DNA of 44,620 bases from a virus (taxonomy: Duplodnaviria > Caudoviricetes). Shown here in pieces: positions 8,121 through 17,432 of the stretch. The stretch covers positions 1 to 44,620 of IMG/VR virus record IMGVR_UViG_3300021446_000049, one strand, 5' to 3'. Every line of letters starts with the position of its first letter. Positions within the stretch are counted from its first letter, which is position 1. Under the pieces are notes generated by a model, which was given only the letters and a program-made list of their open reading frames with translations, was not told the origin of the DNA and did not search any database. Position numbers and translations under genes: made by a program.

Positions 8121-11100
8121 CTAACGCTCACATCGAAGTGTGAAGCGGTCATCCTGTGCAGGGGCGCTTATCTCGTAGTTACTCTCCCCTATTATTGTTT
8201 CTCCAACCGATGCAAGAGCAGGTTCGCTTGCGGATTCGCTAGACCCAGACGCAGGACGTGTGCTAAAGATGTCGTCAACAACAGGGTCGTCGGTTTTCTC
8301 ATCGACCTTCCTCGTCAGCTCCTCGTCGGCCTGTGCCTCTACATCGGAACCCTCCGATGTCGTTTCCCCGCTTTCCTGTCGCAGCTTACTGACGGTTTGC
8401 TCGTCGTTGTAGCTGCTGGGGTAGTCGTACTTGTCTTTCAGGAAGGTGCGCAGGTCATTCCGAATGTCTTCGTCGGCCTCACTCATCTCTTCGAGGAGAT
8501 TGGCCTGCTCTCCCTTGGTGGTGCGGCTGGTAAACTGCTCCATCACAGCCTCGAACATCGGCCCTGAGAGGTCGGCCAAAGACGGCCCCTCTTCTGTTAT
8601 TGCAGGTTCGGAATCCGCGTCTTCCGCGTCTTCTTCTCCATCTTCCGCGTCTTGTTGCTCTTGCTGGTCTGCGTCTTCGGCTGTATCTTCGACATCTGCC
8701 TCTGCAATAACGGCAGATACATCTCTGTCAATGCCGTATTCTTCTTGGAGGCGCTCTTCCAGGGCATTTAAGAACGCAACATCCCCCTCAGAAAGCGTCT
8801 CAAGGGTGCTCGCTGTCTGAAGGAGGGTCTGGAAGGCACTGTCCAGGGCAGCACCGTCTCCATCATCGTAGACGTTTGGCATCACCGGAGACTGGGTTTC
8901 CTCTCGAACGTTGACCACCTCACTGTCGGAGGTTTCTTTGTCGCCCCTAGGTTGATCATCGCTTTGCCGCTCGGGGAAGGAGTCATTGTCGATGGGAATG
9001 GACTCTACACCCTCTGCGCCCAACGTGAGCGTCACAGTAGGCTGCTCAAAGTAGCGCCCCACCTCTTGACCTTCTCCTGTTTCTGTGGTCTCCTCATGGA
9101 CATCTGTGCGAAGATGCTGCGCAAGAAACTGGTTGTAACTGTCGTATTCGGTTCCAGCAACCTCAAAGCTCCCAAGGCCGGAGACGTCCTCTGACCTGTT
9201 TATCTCTTCGAGGTTGACGTTGAGCCACATGTTGTTCAGAAGGCGGCGAACCTCGTTCTCATTGCCCTGAATGCTTTCATAGCGGCTGTCCTCGTCCTCG
9301 ATGAGGTCGGGGTTGTTGGTGTACAGGCCGCCTTGCTGAGATCCGATGTAGACTCCGGTTCCGTCGTTGCTTGCAATGAGATATGTCCGGTCCCCCTTGA
9401 TGTCCTTTCGCTGGAAAAACCTGCGGGGATCGGCGATCGTGGTGAACGCGAGCTTCTGGATTTCCTCAATTTTCCCCTGCTTAATCATGCCCAGGAGGAA
9501 GTTTGCCGCCGGGACCCCTCCAATATCTACGTCTTGAAGTTTGGGCACTTCAACGGGAACGGCCACCTTATCCCCGTTGGCCGATGGAAGAATGATTCCC
9601 ACCGATCCTTCGAGAAACTGGCCTTCCTGGTTGAAGTCGTTTACCAGCTCCTCATCGGGCTTCTGCTGCCCTCTGATTCGAGGTTCCCCATTTCGAATGA
9701 CGTAGATTTGGAAGTCGGCGTTTTCCAGGTTTCGATCCTGGTCTACCAGAGCCGGAACTGCTTCCTCCAAAGGACGCATGTCTCGAATGAGGTTTCCATC
9801 TTCGTCTTTTTCAAGGACCGTTTCCCCGTCCTCAGTCTCCGTTTCCCGGTAGTGGACAGAGACGTGGCCGCCTCTCTTTCCAGATACCCGACCGGGGATT
9901 CCGTCTTGGGGGTTGTCCTGCTGCTTGGCCTGCCCGATAATCTTGGCCCGGAGTTGCAGGTTTTCCTCCTGCTGCCTCTGGATGTTGTCTTCGACGTTTT
10001 CTGTTTGAGCAACGGTGGTCTCCGGCCTGATGAAGTCCAGCTCGTGGACATAGCCCACCAGCTCCCCATCGTGGCGCACTTCGATCTCAATATCTCCGAT
10101 GTCCTCGACGCTGTCCAGATCAATGTCCTCTTCAATCCGGGGGTCGGTTACGTGAAAAGTCACGCGGCTTCCTTCGCCAAACTCTTCGGTCTCTACAAGC
10201 GGGTTCAGTCCCTCGCTGCGGTCATTGGACACCGGGGTTGTCCGATCCCCCTCTTCAGTCTCTTTCGACGCATACGCCAGTGCTGTGCCTGACTGGACGA
10301 GCTTCTTGCGGCTGTGCTCGTCCTGGGTGCCCTCCGCAGTCTCGTTCTTGGTTTCCTGGAAGTCCTCCTGTGGGGTTTGCGGGGGCTCGTCAATTTCAGT
10401 GGGACTTTCCGTGTCTGTAGCGTCCTTCAAGTCGTTTTCCTCGATGTCGTTTTTCTCCGATACAACGAGGTCCTCCACCTCCGTATAGTCAAAAGGTCTT
10501 CCTTTCACCTTGGCCCTCGCTGCCTTTTCTACGTTTTCTTTCTTGGTCTCCTTATCGAAGTCCTCGTTGGAGCGGATTTGAGCAAAGGTCTCCTCCAGTT
10601 CATTGCGAATCTGCTGTAGCTCCTGCTCAGACTTCGCGGCCTCTGCAAGCGGATTGAAGTCTTCGGATCCATCCTCTTCCGCCGAAGAATCCTCGTCAGT
10701 TGTTGCCTCTGTTGTAGCCTCTTCGATAGTGGTATCTTCATCCCTTTGTTCATCCAGCATGTCTTCGGCGGCATCGGCCAGCGGGTTTACCAATTCATTC
10801 GTAGACTCTTGATCGCCGGAGTTTTCATCTACAGATGAGGCGTCCTCGGCGGTAGCTTCCCGCTCCCGCTTTCGCTCTTTCCGCTCCTCCGTCTTCTTTT
10901 CTTCGGCGGCGCTTTGGGCCTCCTGGTTGACGATGGTAGACTCGTTGGGACTGAGGTCATTGGCTGCCTCTTGAGCATCTTCAGCGGTCTCTTCCTCTTC
11001 GACCTTTTGGCGGCCCTCCTGTGCGCGCTCCTGGATCTTCCGGGCCTGCTCTTTCTCCATGCGCTTCAGCATGTCGGCCCTTTTTTCCGGGTCTCGGTAT

Positions 11101-13706
11101 GCCTTATAGTCCTCGTACAGCCGCTCTTTTTGCCGTCGAAGGGTCTCTTTCCGCATCCTCGTGGTGCGGAAACTAGCACGATTTTCCGGGTCCATCTTGA
11201 TCACCGCATTCGGAATGGACTCCATCTGTGTCTCCGACTCCGCTTGCTGCTTGGCCTGATTCATCAGCTCCTTCGGGCCACGGAAGCGAGAGGACTGCGT
11301 GAGCGTCTTTAGTTCCTTCTCGACTCCACTGCGCATGAACTCATTGAACTGCTCTTCGGTAAACCGACCGTCTTCTCCGATCAGTCCTTCCTTTCGGCCT
11401 CGTTGCCGAAGGGCCTCCATGACGCTATCGATGTCGGCCTCACTGACTACCTGCTCCTCGTCTTTCGGAAGGGGCTCTTCGACTTCTCGATCACTGTCTT
11501 CGCCACGGCGCTTGTCGACGATGTTCTGGAGAGCCCCGGCAAGGGCTTCCTGTCGAAGCTGTACCAGAGACTCCATTTCGGATTTCATGTTCTCCTTGAC
11601 GGTCTCTGGATCCGTCTGATTAATGGTGGCCTCGTCCTCCCCCGGAAGCTTTTCAAAAGACTCGATCAGGTCCTGCTCTTCCTGTGAAAGTTCTTCAAGC
11701 GTCGGGTCAATGAGGCGGGCACTGCCGTAGAGACGCCACGCCTTTTCTGCCATTCGTCCCCCGGCTTCCTCCGGACTCTGGCGCATGTCGGACTCGATGT
11801 CTTCCTTCTTTTGGGACAGCTCGTCGACGAGATCAATGTAGTCGTCAATCGTGTCCTCGTAGTGAAAATCCGAGTCCTCGTCGGTCTCGAAATTGTGTTT
11901 CTCATCGGCCTCCTGGTTGTCCATGTCTTTCCAGTCTTGGGCGATTCTCTTCATCTGCCCTTCCACCCCCGCCTGGATGGACCCAAGAATGGTGGCCGAC
12001 ATGATCTTCCGCCGTCCCTCCAAAATCTTGGAGGTGTCGTTCTCATTGGCCCCCTCGTTGATCATCTTCCGGCCTTCCTTAAGCTCGTTGGCCCGCTCGA
12101 TGAAGTGCTCCTTCTTCCGATTGAAGTCGTAGATTTCCTGTTCGGTCTGAAGAGTTTTGGCCGACACACGATCCCCTGTAAGATCGGTGGAGACACCAGA
12201 CTTCTCTGCGACCCAGTTGGCAATGGCCCCGATCTTTCCCTGGGAACTGTCCTGGGCGTCGATCTCCCCGTTCTCAATGGCTTTCTGAATGGCCTCTGGG
12301 CGCTCGTGGATAGGAAGTCCTCGAACAGTCATGTCCTGCATCTTGCCCCCCATGGCCCCCATGGCCGCAGCGTAAGCCCCCTCCCCCGTGAAAACGTTGT
12401 CTATAAACCGCTGTCCGGCCTTCGAGAAGGACGTCTGGTCTGCCTTTCCTTCCGCCTGGGCAAAAACGTTGGTCGCTTCCTCCGCTGCCTCCTGTAGGGG
12501 CTCCTTCGCTTGCCGAACCATCCAGTCTTTAGCAGGAAGCGAATAGCCCATGCCCTCTACCCGCTCTATCGTCTCTTTGAGGCTCTCTCCTTGCTTCTTT
12601 GTTAGCCCCAACTTCGACATCCTCTTTATCACCTTCGGGCTTCGGAAAAGCGGTGTGAGCCCGGTGAAGTTTAGGGTGCCGACGAGGGCGGTGTTCAACC
12701 CGGCAATCCGTGCAGCCTTTTTCGAGGCTGCGGCCTTTGCAAGCCTTCGCGCTTCTTTGGGGGATTTGCCCTGCTCCAGGTGGGCCTGCTTTGCCTTCTC
12801 GAAGATCTTGGGGATCTGTCGCATGGCCTCTGATGATCCCTCTGCGTTGGCCAGGGCATACCCACTGGCAAGCTGTGAGGCAATCTGAGCGCCCTGAACG
12901 ACCTTTTGACTGCCGCCCATTGAAGAAGCGAGTGCCGCCAGCCCTTTGCCGACCGTAGCCCGCAGTCCTCCGGAAATCCCACCGAAGGCCACCACGGACT
13001 GCCCCACTTCTGAGAGACTAGTCACGTAGTCCGTAGGATCGTAGGGGTTGAAGATCGTATTGGGGCTGGAGTGTGTCTCCAGGGCATCGACACTATTGAG
13101 ACCCTCCCTCCACTCTTTCATAGACCTGGTAATTCGGTTCCCCACGTCCCCAGCATCGATGTCTGCTTGCTGGAATGCCTGATCTTCAGAGGACACTCCG
13201 GCCAGTCCCTGGGTCCAGGAAATAAACTCCTTCAACTGATCATCCCAGGAATCAACATCGGCAAGGTGGGCCACGTTCTCTACCAGCCGCATTCCCGCAA
13301 GCGGGAGGAACTTAGTTCCCTCCTTGGCCAGGGTTCCGGCAAAGGTTTGCGCATCATCTTTCAGCTTCTGCGCTTCTCTGGGAGAAGTGGTCTTTAGCTT
13401 GACCGGACGACCAATTTCATCTTCAAGCTCGGCGCTATCCCGTCCAGGAAAGACGGCTGAACTAGACAGCTTAACGTCGCTCGACAACTGAGAATTGTCG
13501 ATGGATGAGTTTTCGAGCAGACCCACACCCTCTTCGTTATCGTCGGCATCAACGTCTTCGGGTGCCCCATCAGTGATGACGGGCTCCGAAGACTTGTCCG
13601 ACGAAGGGTTCATTTCTTCATCCTTTTCCTCCAGAGACTCGTGTGTGTCTTGCTCTCTCTTTTCGGAAAAGGATGGGGTGTCGCTTGGAAGGTCTGAAAG
13701 GGCCAT
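8121..13706 (-). CDS. Large cargo/ejection protein (candidate inner-membrane channel former)
   Basis: 1861 aa, very acidic. N-terminal third has Gly/Ala-rich hydrophobic helices (VVAFGGISGGLRATVGKGLAALA; GAYAAAMGAMGG) and an EAAEEATN motif as in podophage ejection proteins; coiled coils; directly upstream of the vRNAP. Confidence 0.8.
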   Translation of the reverse strand: MALSDLPSDTPSFSEKREQDTHESLEEKDEEMNPSSDKSSEPVITDGAPEDVDADDNEEGVGLLENSSIDNSQLSSDVKLSSSAVFPGRDSAELEDEIGRPVKLKTTSPREAQKLKDDAQTFAGTLAKEGTKFLPLAGMRLVENVAHLADVDSWDDQLKEFISWTQGLAGVSSEDQAFQQADIDAGDVGNRITRSMKEWREGLNSVDALETHSSPNTIFNPYDPTDYVTSLSEVGQSVVAFGGISGGLRATVGKGLAALASSMGGSQKVVQGAQIASQLASGYALANAEGSSEAMRQIPKIFEKAKQAHLEQGKSPKEARRLAKAAASKKAARIAGLNTALVGTLNFTGLTPLFRSPKVIKRMSKLGLTKKQGESLKETIERVEGMGYSLPAKDWMVRQAKEPLQEAAEEATNVFAQAEGKADQTSFSKAGQRFIDNVFTGEGAYAAAMGAMGGKMQDMTVRGLPIHERPEAIQKAIENGEIDAQDSSQGKIGAIANWVAEKSGVSTDLTGDRVSAKTLQTEQEIYDFNRKKEHFIERANELKEGRKMINEGANENDTSKILEGRRKIMSATILGSIQAGVEGQMKRIAQDWKDMDNQEADEKHNFETDEDSDFHYEDTIDDYIDLVDELSQKKEDIESDMRQSPEEAGGRMAEKAWRLYGSARLIDPTLEELSQEEQDLIESFEKLPGEDEATINQTDPETVKENMKSEMESLVQLRQEALAGALQNIVDKRRGEDSDREVEEPLPKDEEQVVSEADIDSVMEALRQRGRKEGLIGEDGRFTEEQFNEFMRSGVEKELKTLTQSSRFRGPKELMNQAKQQAESETQMESIPNAVIKMDPENRASFRTTRMRKETLRRQKERLYEDYKAYRDPEKRADMLKRMEKEQARKIQERAQEGRQKVEEEETAEDAQEAANDLSPNESTIVNQEAQSAAEEKKTEERKERKREREATAEDASSVDENSGDQESTNELVNPLADAAEDMLDEQRDEDTTIEEATTEATTDEDSSAEEDGSEDFNPLAEAAKSEQELQQIRNELEETFAQIRSNEDFDKETKKENVEKAARAKVKGRPFDYTEVEDLVVSEKNDIEENDLKDATDTESPTEIDEPPQTPQEDFQETKNETAEGTQDEHSRKKLVQSGTALAYASKETEEGDRTTPVSNDRSEGLNPLVETEEFGEGSRVTFHVTDPRIEEDIDLDSVEDIGDIEIEVRHDGELVGYVHELDFIRPETTVAQTENVEDNIQRQQEENLQLRAKIIGQAKQQDNPQDGIPGRVSGKRGGHVSVHYRETETEDGETVLEKDEDGNLIRDMRPLEEAVPALVDQDRNLENADFQIYVIRNGEPRIRGQQKPDEELVNDFNQEGQFLEGSVGIILPSANGDKVAVPVEVPKLQDVDIGGVPAANFLLGMIKQGKIEEIQKLAFTTIADPRRFFQRKDIKGDRTYLIASNDGTGVYIGSQQGGLYTNNPDLIEDEDSRYESIQGNENEVRRLLNNMWLNVNLEEINRSEDVSGLGSFEVAGTEYDSYNQFLAQHLRTDVHEETTETGEGQEVGRYFEQPTVTLTLGAEGVESIPIDNDSFPERQSDDQPRGDKETSDSEVVNVREETQSPVMPNVYDDGDGAALDSAFQTLLQTASTLETLSEGDVAFLNALEERLQEEYGIDRDVSAVIAEADVEDTAEDADQQEQQDAEDGEEDAEDADSEPAITEEGPSLADLSGPMFEAVMEQFTSRTTKGEQANLLEEMSEADEDIRNDLRTFLKDKYDYPSSYNDEQTVSKLRQESGETTSEGSDVEAQADEELTRKVDEKTDDPVVDDIFSTRPASGSSESASEPALASVGETIIGESNYEISAPAQDDRFTLRCER

Positions 13707-15775
13707 TACTGATTGCTGTTAGGGCGAAACTTTTGTCCCCAGTCCAGGGCAATGCCCCGATTCTGAAACCGAATATTCTGGTCCATTACTTCTTGCTCTC
13801 GTTCGGATAGATCTTTTTGATCGGCGGCCAAGAACTCTCGAAGACCCCCCACCGTCATCGGAATGCCGTTGTTAGTGGCCGTTCGCGCAATTTGCTTGAG
13901 GTCCTTAATCTTTGCATCCCGGCTCTTGTTGCTCTTGGCGACCTCTTTGGCCGCTTTTCCGTAGCTGAGAGACTGGTTGTTGCTGCGCACCTCATATCGA
14001 GGTTCAAAGGTGCCGGTGGACCGATTTCCCTGTGCCCGTACACGCATTTGTACACCATTCCTCCTGTCTACCTCTTTCCAGTTGTTGTCCAACTGGACCC
14101 CTTCGAGCTTCTGGTTACTTCCAATGATTTGGGATACGTCTTCGCCTAAGATGTTCTCGTCCTTTATTTCGTTTCGGACTTGCTGAGTAGACTCAATGAA
14201 GTAGCTTTCTCCCTTGGCGATGTTTTCGACATATCCCTCGTTTGAACCCCGGTATCTCATTTTAATGTAATCCCCATTCTTAGAGATTGCTACCGGATCG
14301 GAGTTCAATACTACTTCTCTTTTTTCCTGAGCAGGGGTAATACCAGTCAAACCCCCGGTCAAAAAGCGCTGGTTTGGCTCTCCCTCTAGCCGGGGAATCT
14401 TGAGGCTCTCTGGGTTATTCAGCATTGTGTCCATCGCATTTCTCATTCGCCCCCGCTCCTGATCCTGGTTGATCCCGATGAACTGTTGATCAATGGTCAT
14501 CTGCTCGATCTGTTGCAGATCCTTTTCCATGTTCTGAAACTCCGTGTAGGCTCCTTCCCCAAACTCCTCGTTGACACGCTGTTTAAAGCTTTCGCTGTTT
14601 TCAGGATTGATGCCCCGTCCGGTCACTCCTCCTCCCATCACGTTTCTCGATTCTTCTCCCCCTTGGGCCTTTTTCTTCAAGTCCTGGTACCTCTGATAGT
14701 CGCTGCGCCCAAGAGCACCCTCCCCATCTGAGCGGCCTTCGAAGTACCGATTCTTGAGTTGTCGAACCATTCCTTTCATCATTGACCTGGTATCGGAGTC
14801 TGCTCCCCGAGACACATCAGAAAGAGAAACCTGTCGTCCTCCGAACTGCACGATTCCTTCCTTGCTACCGGGGCCACCACTACTCGAACTTCCGGAGTCA
14901 TCGTCCGGATTTCCCTTGATGTTGGTCTGAACTCCGCCCTGCTTTAGGCGGTTTACGGCTCCTCGAACGGAACTCCGAAGACGATTCTTTACTCGATTCT
15001 GGACTTCCTCTTCGGAGAGGTCCGGGCTTGTTCTTCGAATCCGCTCACGTTCGGCCTCCATCCAGTTGGCAAGTCCGGGATCTTGCGGGGCTTGAATGCG
15101 CTGTAGCTCCCCGTTCTCCGTCTTCTGGAATCCCAAAGTTCGAAGGGCCTCCTGTTCAATACGTCCTGGGCGGACCCCCTTGAAGGTGGTTTCGGTGATC
15201 GTGTCCCCTGGAGTCTCCTGGAGACTTTGAGCAATGGTTTGCTTGAAGTTCAGGTCGCTCAGGACCTCATTTGGATTCTTCGCCTCCCCAAACATCTGCT
15301 TCTGTGTCAGCCCTCCCTGGAGCCGCCCATCCTGAACGTTGATGTTGGCCTGTTCTTGAAGACGGGCTTCCAGGGCTCGTCGTTGCTGGGGAGTGTAGCC
15401 TTTGCCCTCTAGCTCCTCCCGTGATTTCTTTAGCTTCTTTTGGTTCTCCTTAAACCGCTGTACACGCTTAGAGAACTCCCGCTTCAAGCGCTTGACTTCG
15501 GCACTCTTGTCCACCAGATCGTTCTGCTGGGCGATCTCCGACAGCTTCTGTTTGAATGGCTGGGCCATCGCACGGAAAGCCTGCCGATTGTTGGGCAGTA
15601 CTTCCTGCTCGGCAATATTGGTGAGCGCCTGATCCATCGTGTCCTTCACGGCGTTTCTCCGCTTCTGGAACCGCTGTGCAGACTGGGCAATCTGCCGGAT
15701 TGGAAGCGGCTGCCGCTTGGGAACCAAGTTCTTTGCGGATCCCGGCGCTGGTTTGCTGAATGGACTTATTGCCAT
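13706..15775 (-). CDS. Cargo/ejection protein
   Basis: 689 aa, Q/K/R-rich helical, Cys-free; TAATG stop/start overlap with the next gene; lies between first cargo gene and giant proteins. Confidence 0.7.
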   Translation of the reverse strand: MAISPFSKPAPGSAKNLVPKRQPLPIRQIAQSAQRFQKRRNAVKDTMDQALTNIAEQEVLPNNRQAFRAMAQPFKQKLSEIAQQNDLVDKSAEVKRLKREFSKRVQRFKENQKKLKKSREELEGKGYTPQQRRALEARLQEQANINVQDGRLQGGLTQKQMFGEAKNPNEVLSDLNFKQTIAQSLQETPGDTITETTFKGVRPGRIEQEALRTLGFQKTENGELQRIQAPQDPGLANWMEAERERIRRTSPDLSEEEVQNRVKNRLRSSVRGAVNRLKQGGVQTNIKGNPDDDSGSSSSGGPGSKEGIVQFGGRQVSLSDVSRGADSDTRSMMKGMVRQLKNRYFEGRSDGEGALGRSDYQRYQDLKKKAQGGEESRNVMGGGVTGRGINPENSESFKQRVNEEFGEGAYTEFQNMEKDLQQIEQMTIDQQFIGINQDQERGRMRNAMDTMLNNPESLKIPRLEGEPNQRFLTGGLTGITPAQEKREVVLNSDPVAISKNGDYIKMRYRGSNEGYVENIAKGESYFIESTQQVRNEIKDENILGEDVSQIIGSNQKLEGVQLDNNWKEVDRRNGVQMRVRAQGNRSTGTFEPRYEVRSNNQSLSYGKAAKEVAKSNKSRDAKIKDLKQIARTATNNGIPMTVGGLREFLAADQKDLSEREQEVMDQNIRFQNRGIALDWGQKFRPNSNQ

Positions 15776-15785
15776 AGTGAGATGG

Positions 15786-17426
15786 TTACAGAGAGTTCAG
15801 GAAACGCTGAAGCTGCTGTTTCTGCGGCCCTTCCGGAAGCGTGGGGATGATGGCCTCAAGCTCTTTCTTTTTCGTGGCGTCGTCCATGCCTGCGAGAGAG
15901 GCCATAATTGCAGTGGTTGAGCGGCTCTGCATCTGATTATTGGCTTGCCTCCGGGCCATTGTCTGGGAGAACTGCCCAATGCCCTTCGACAGCATGTTGT
16001 CCTTGGCAGCGTCGGCCTTTAGCTGTAGCTGACGATTCCGGGCCCTCGCCTGCTGGTTCAGCTTGGTCCTCGTCTTGTCGTTTCTACTTTGGGCCTGAGA
16101 TACCGCCCGCGCCTTCTGGTTTTTCATTTTCTGCTCTTCCCGCCGTGCCTGGGCCAACGTCTTTCGCTTCTGCTTGAGAGACTTGGCGAAAGCGGATTGC
16201 CTGCCTGCCTCACTGACTCCGGGTGCAGTAATGACATCACGAAGCCCCTGATCGATGGCGTTGATCTGGTCGCTTACGTCTACATCGGTATCTATTCGAC
16301 GAAGGGTGTCCACATTTCGGTCGGACACCGTGGCAAGCTGAGGCTCGCCTACGTCACTGTTGCCGAAGGCTCCTCGTGCAGCGTTAACCGCCGCCGGAAG
16401 GAACTGCGCAGCCGTTGACGCGGCACTTGAAGCGTCAAACCCACCAGAACTTCCACCAGATCCCCCTGCCCCCTGGACGTTTCCGTTGGCGTTGACCCCT
16501 GCGAGATCGTTGGTCCCGATGTCTGCAATGGCCCCGTCTCCCGGTGCAGGGCTTGATGCTACAGGTTTCGGAGATGCCACCGGAACCTCGCTTGGCCCAC
16601 CAAGGCTTGCAAAGGGAAACTCCTCTACAGTCGGAGGCTGATTGAACATTCCTGATCCATCGCCTCCGCTTGGAGAAGGGTCTGGGGAAGGGCTCGGAGA
16701 AGCTGTACCTGGAGAGCCCTCATTTCTGGAAGCATTGGCTTCTGGAGTCAGTCCTTTTCCAGTGACCGGGTTGTAGTACGGAGAGAAATTTTTCCCTACC
16801 CCTGGTCCCGCTAGTGGAGAAGGATTTGGACCTGGATCGACGAAGCCACCTGTAGCCATCTTGTTGGACGTAGAACTGTTGGGATTGGAGCTGCGGCCCG
16901 TGGTTTTTTCTTGCTGTGCGGCGAGCTTCTTGATCTGTCTCTCCGATGCCCCCTTCTCCTTCATCCGTTCGTGAACGTCGGCGAAAGTCTTGTTGGTGCC
17001 AGGGACGTTGACACGATCGGAGAAAACGTAGGACTGAAGGTCAATCTGGTCGATGGTCTCCCCGCCTTCCGCTTCTGCGCCTCCGGGAAGGGGGATTCCT
17101 CCTTGCTCGTGGGACGGTCCTTTCAGCTTCCCTTCCGGAGTGGTCACGGGAAGAGCGCCGCCATGAGCAAAGTTTTGGCCGCCCTGAGAGGGAAGGTTGC
17201 GGGCATAGTCGAAGTTGGCGTTGACCTTCTTGGTCTCGTCTTTCGAAGAAAACGCTCCACCAACCACGCCGCCGAGAGCACTTCCAATGGCCGTCCCCGC
17301 AGGAACGGTAATCGGGGCAAAGGGACCACCCGCAACTCCCGCAGCCGCGCCTACTGCACCTCCAACCCCGCTTCCAATGCTGCTTCCTTTTTGACTACCG
17401 GGACCAAATGGATTTGAGAGAGCCAT
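15786..17426 (-). CDS. First cargo protein (crAss001 gp45-like)
   Basis: 546 aa. N-terminal glycine zipper (GSGVGGAVGAAAGVAGG...GSALGGVVGGAF), GPSHEQGGI-AEAEGGET-YVFSDR-KTFAD motif block, Pro/Ser/Gly linker, C-terminal coiled coil; immediately follows the muzzle gene. Confidence 0.8.
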   Translation of the reverse strand: MALSNPFGPGSQKGSSIGSGVGGAVGAAAGVAGGPFAPITVPAGTAIGSALGGVVGGAFSSKDETKKVNANFDYARNLPSQGGQNFAHGGALPVTTPEGKLKGPSHEQGGIPLPGGAEAEGGETIDQIDLQSYVFSDRVNVPGTNKTFADVHERMKEKGASERQIKKLAAQQEKTTGRSSNPNSSTSNKMATGGFVDPGPNPSPLAGPGVGKNFSPYYNPVTGKGLTPEANASRNEGSPGTASPSPSPDPSPSGGDGSGMFNQPPTVEEFPFASLGGPSEVPVASPKPVASSPAPGDGAIADIGTNDLAGVNANGNVQGAGGSGGSSGGFDASSAASTAAQFLPAAVNAARGAFGNSDVGEPQLATVSDRNVDTLRRIDTDVDVSDQINAIDQGLRDVITAPGVSEAGRQSAFAKSLKQKRKTLAQARREEQKMKNQKARAVSQAQSRNDKTRTKLNQQARARNRQLQLKADAAKDNMLSKGIGQFSQTMARRQANNQMQSRSTTAIMASLAGMDDATKKKELEAIIPTLPEGPQKQQLQRFLNSL

Positions 17427-17432
17427 TTATGA

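Noticed and set aside
8077-8160. Frameshift or readthrough fusing the 1861-aa protein to the vRNAP
   Set aside because: The genes are in different frames and the RNAP frame has stops (TGA, TGA, TAG) shortly upstream of its ATG; no slippery heptamer seen.
8610-8700. Short tandem (cgcgtcttc)-like DNA repeats; CRISPR or tRNA genes anywhere in window
   Set aside because: The repeats simply encode an EDAEDGEEDAEDAD acidic linker; no spacer-repeat array or cloverleaf found, and intergenic gaps are short.
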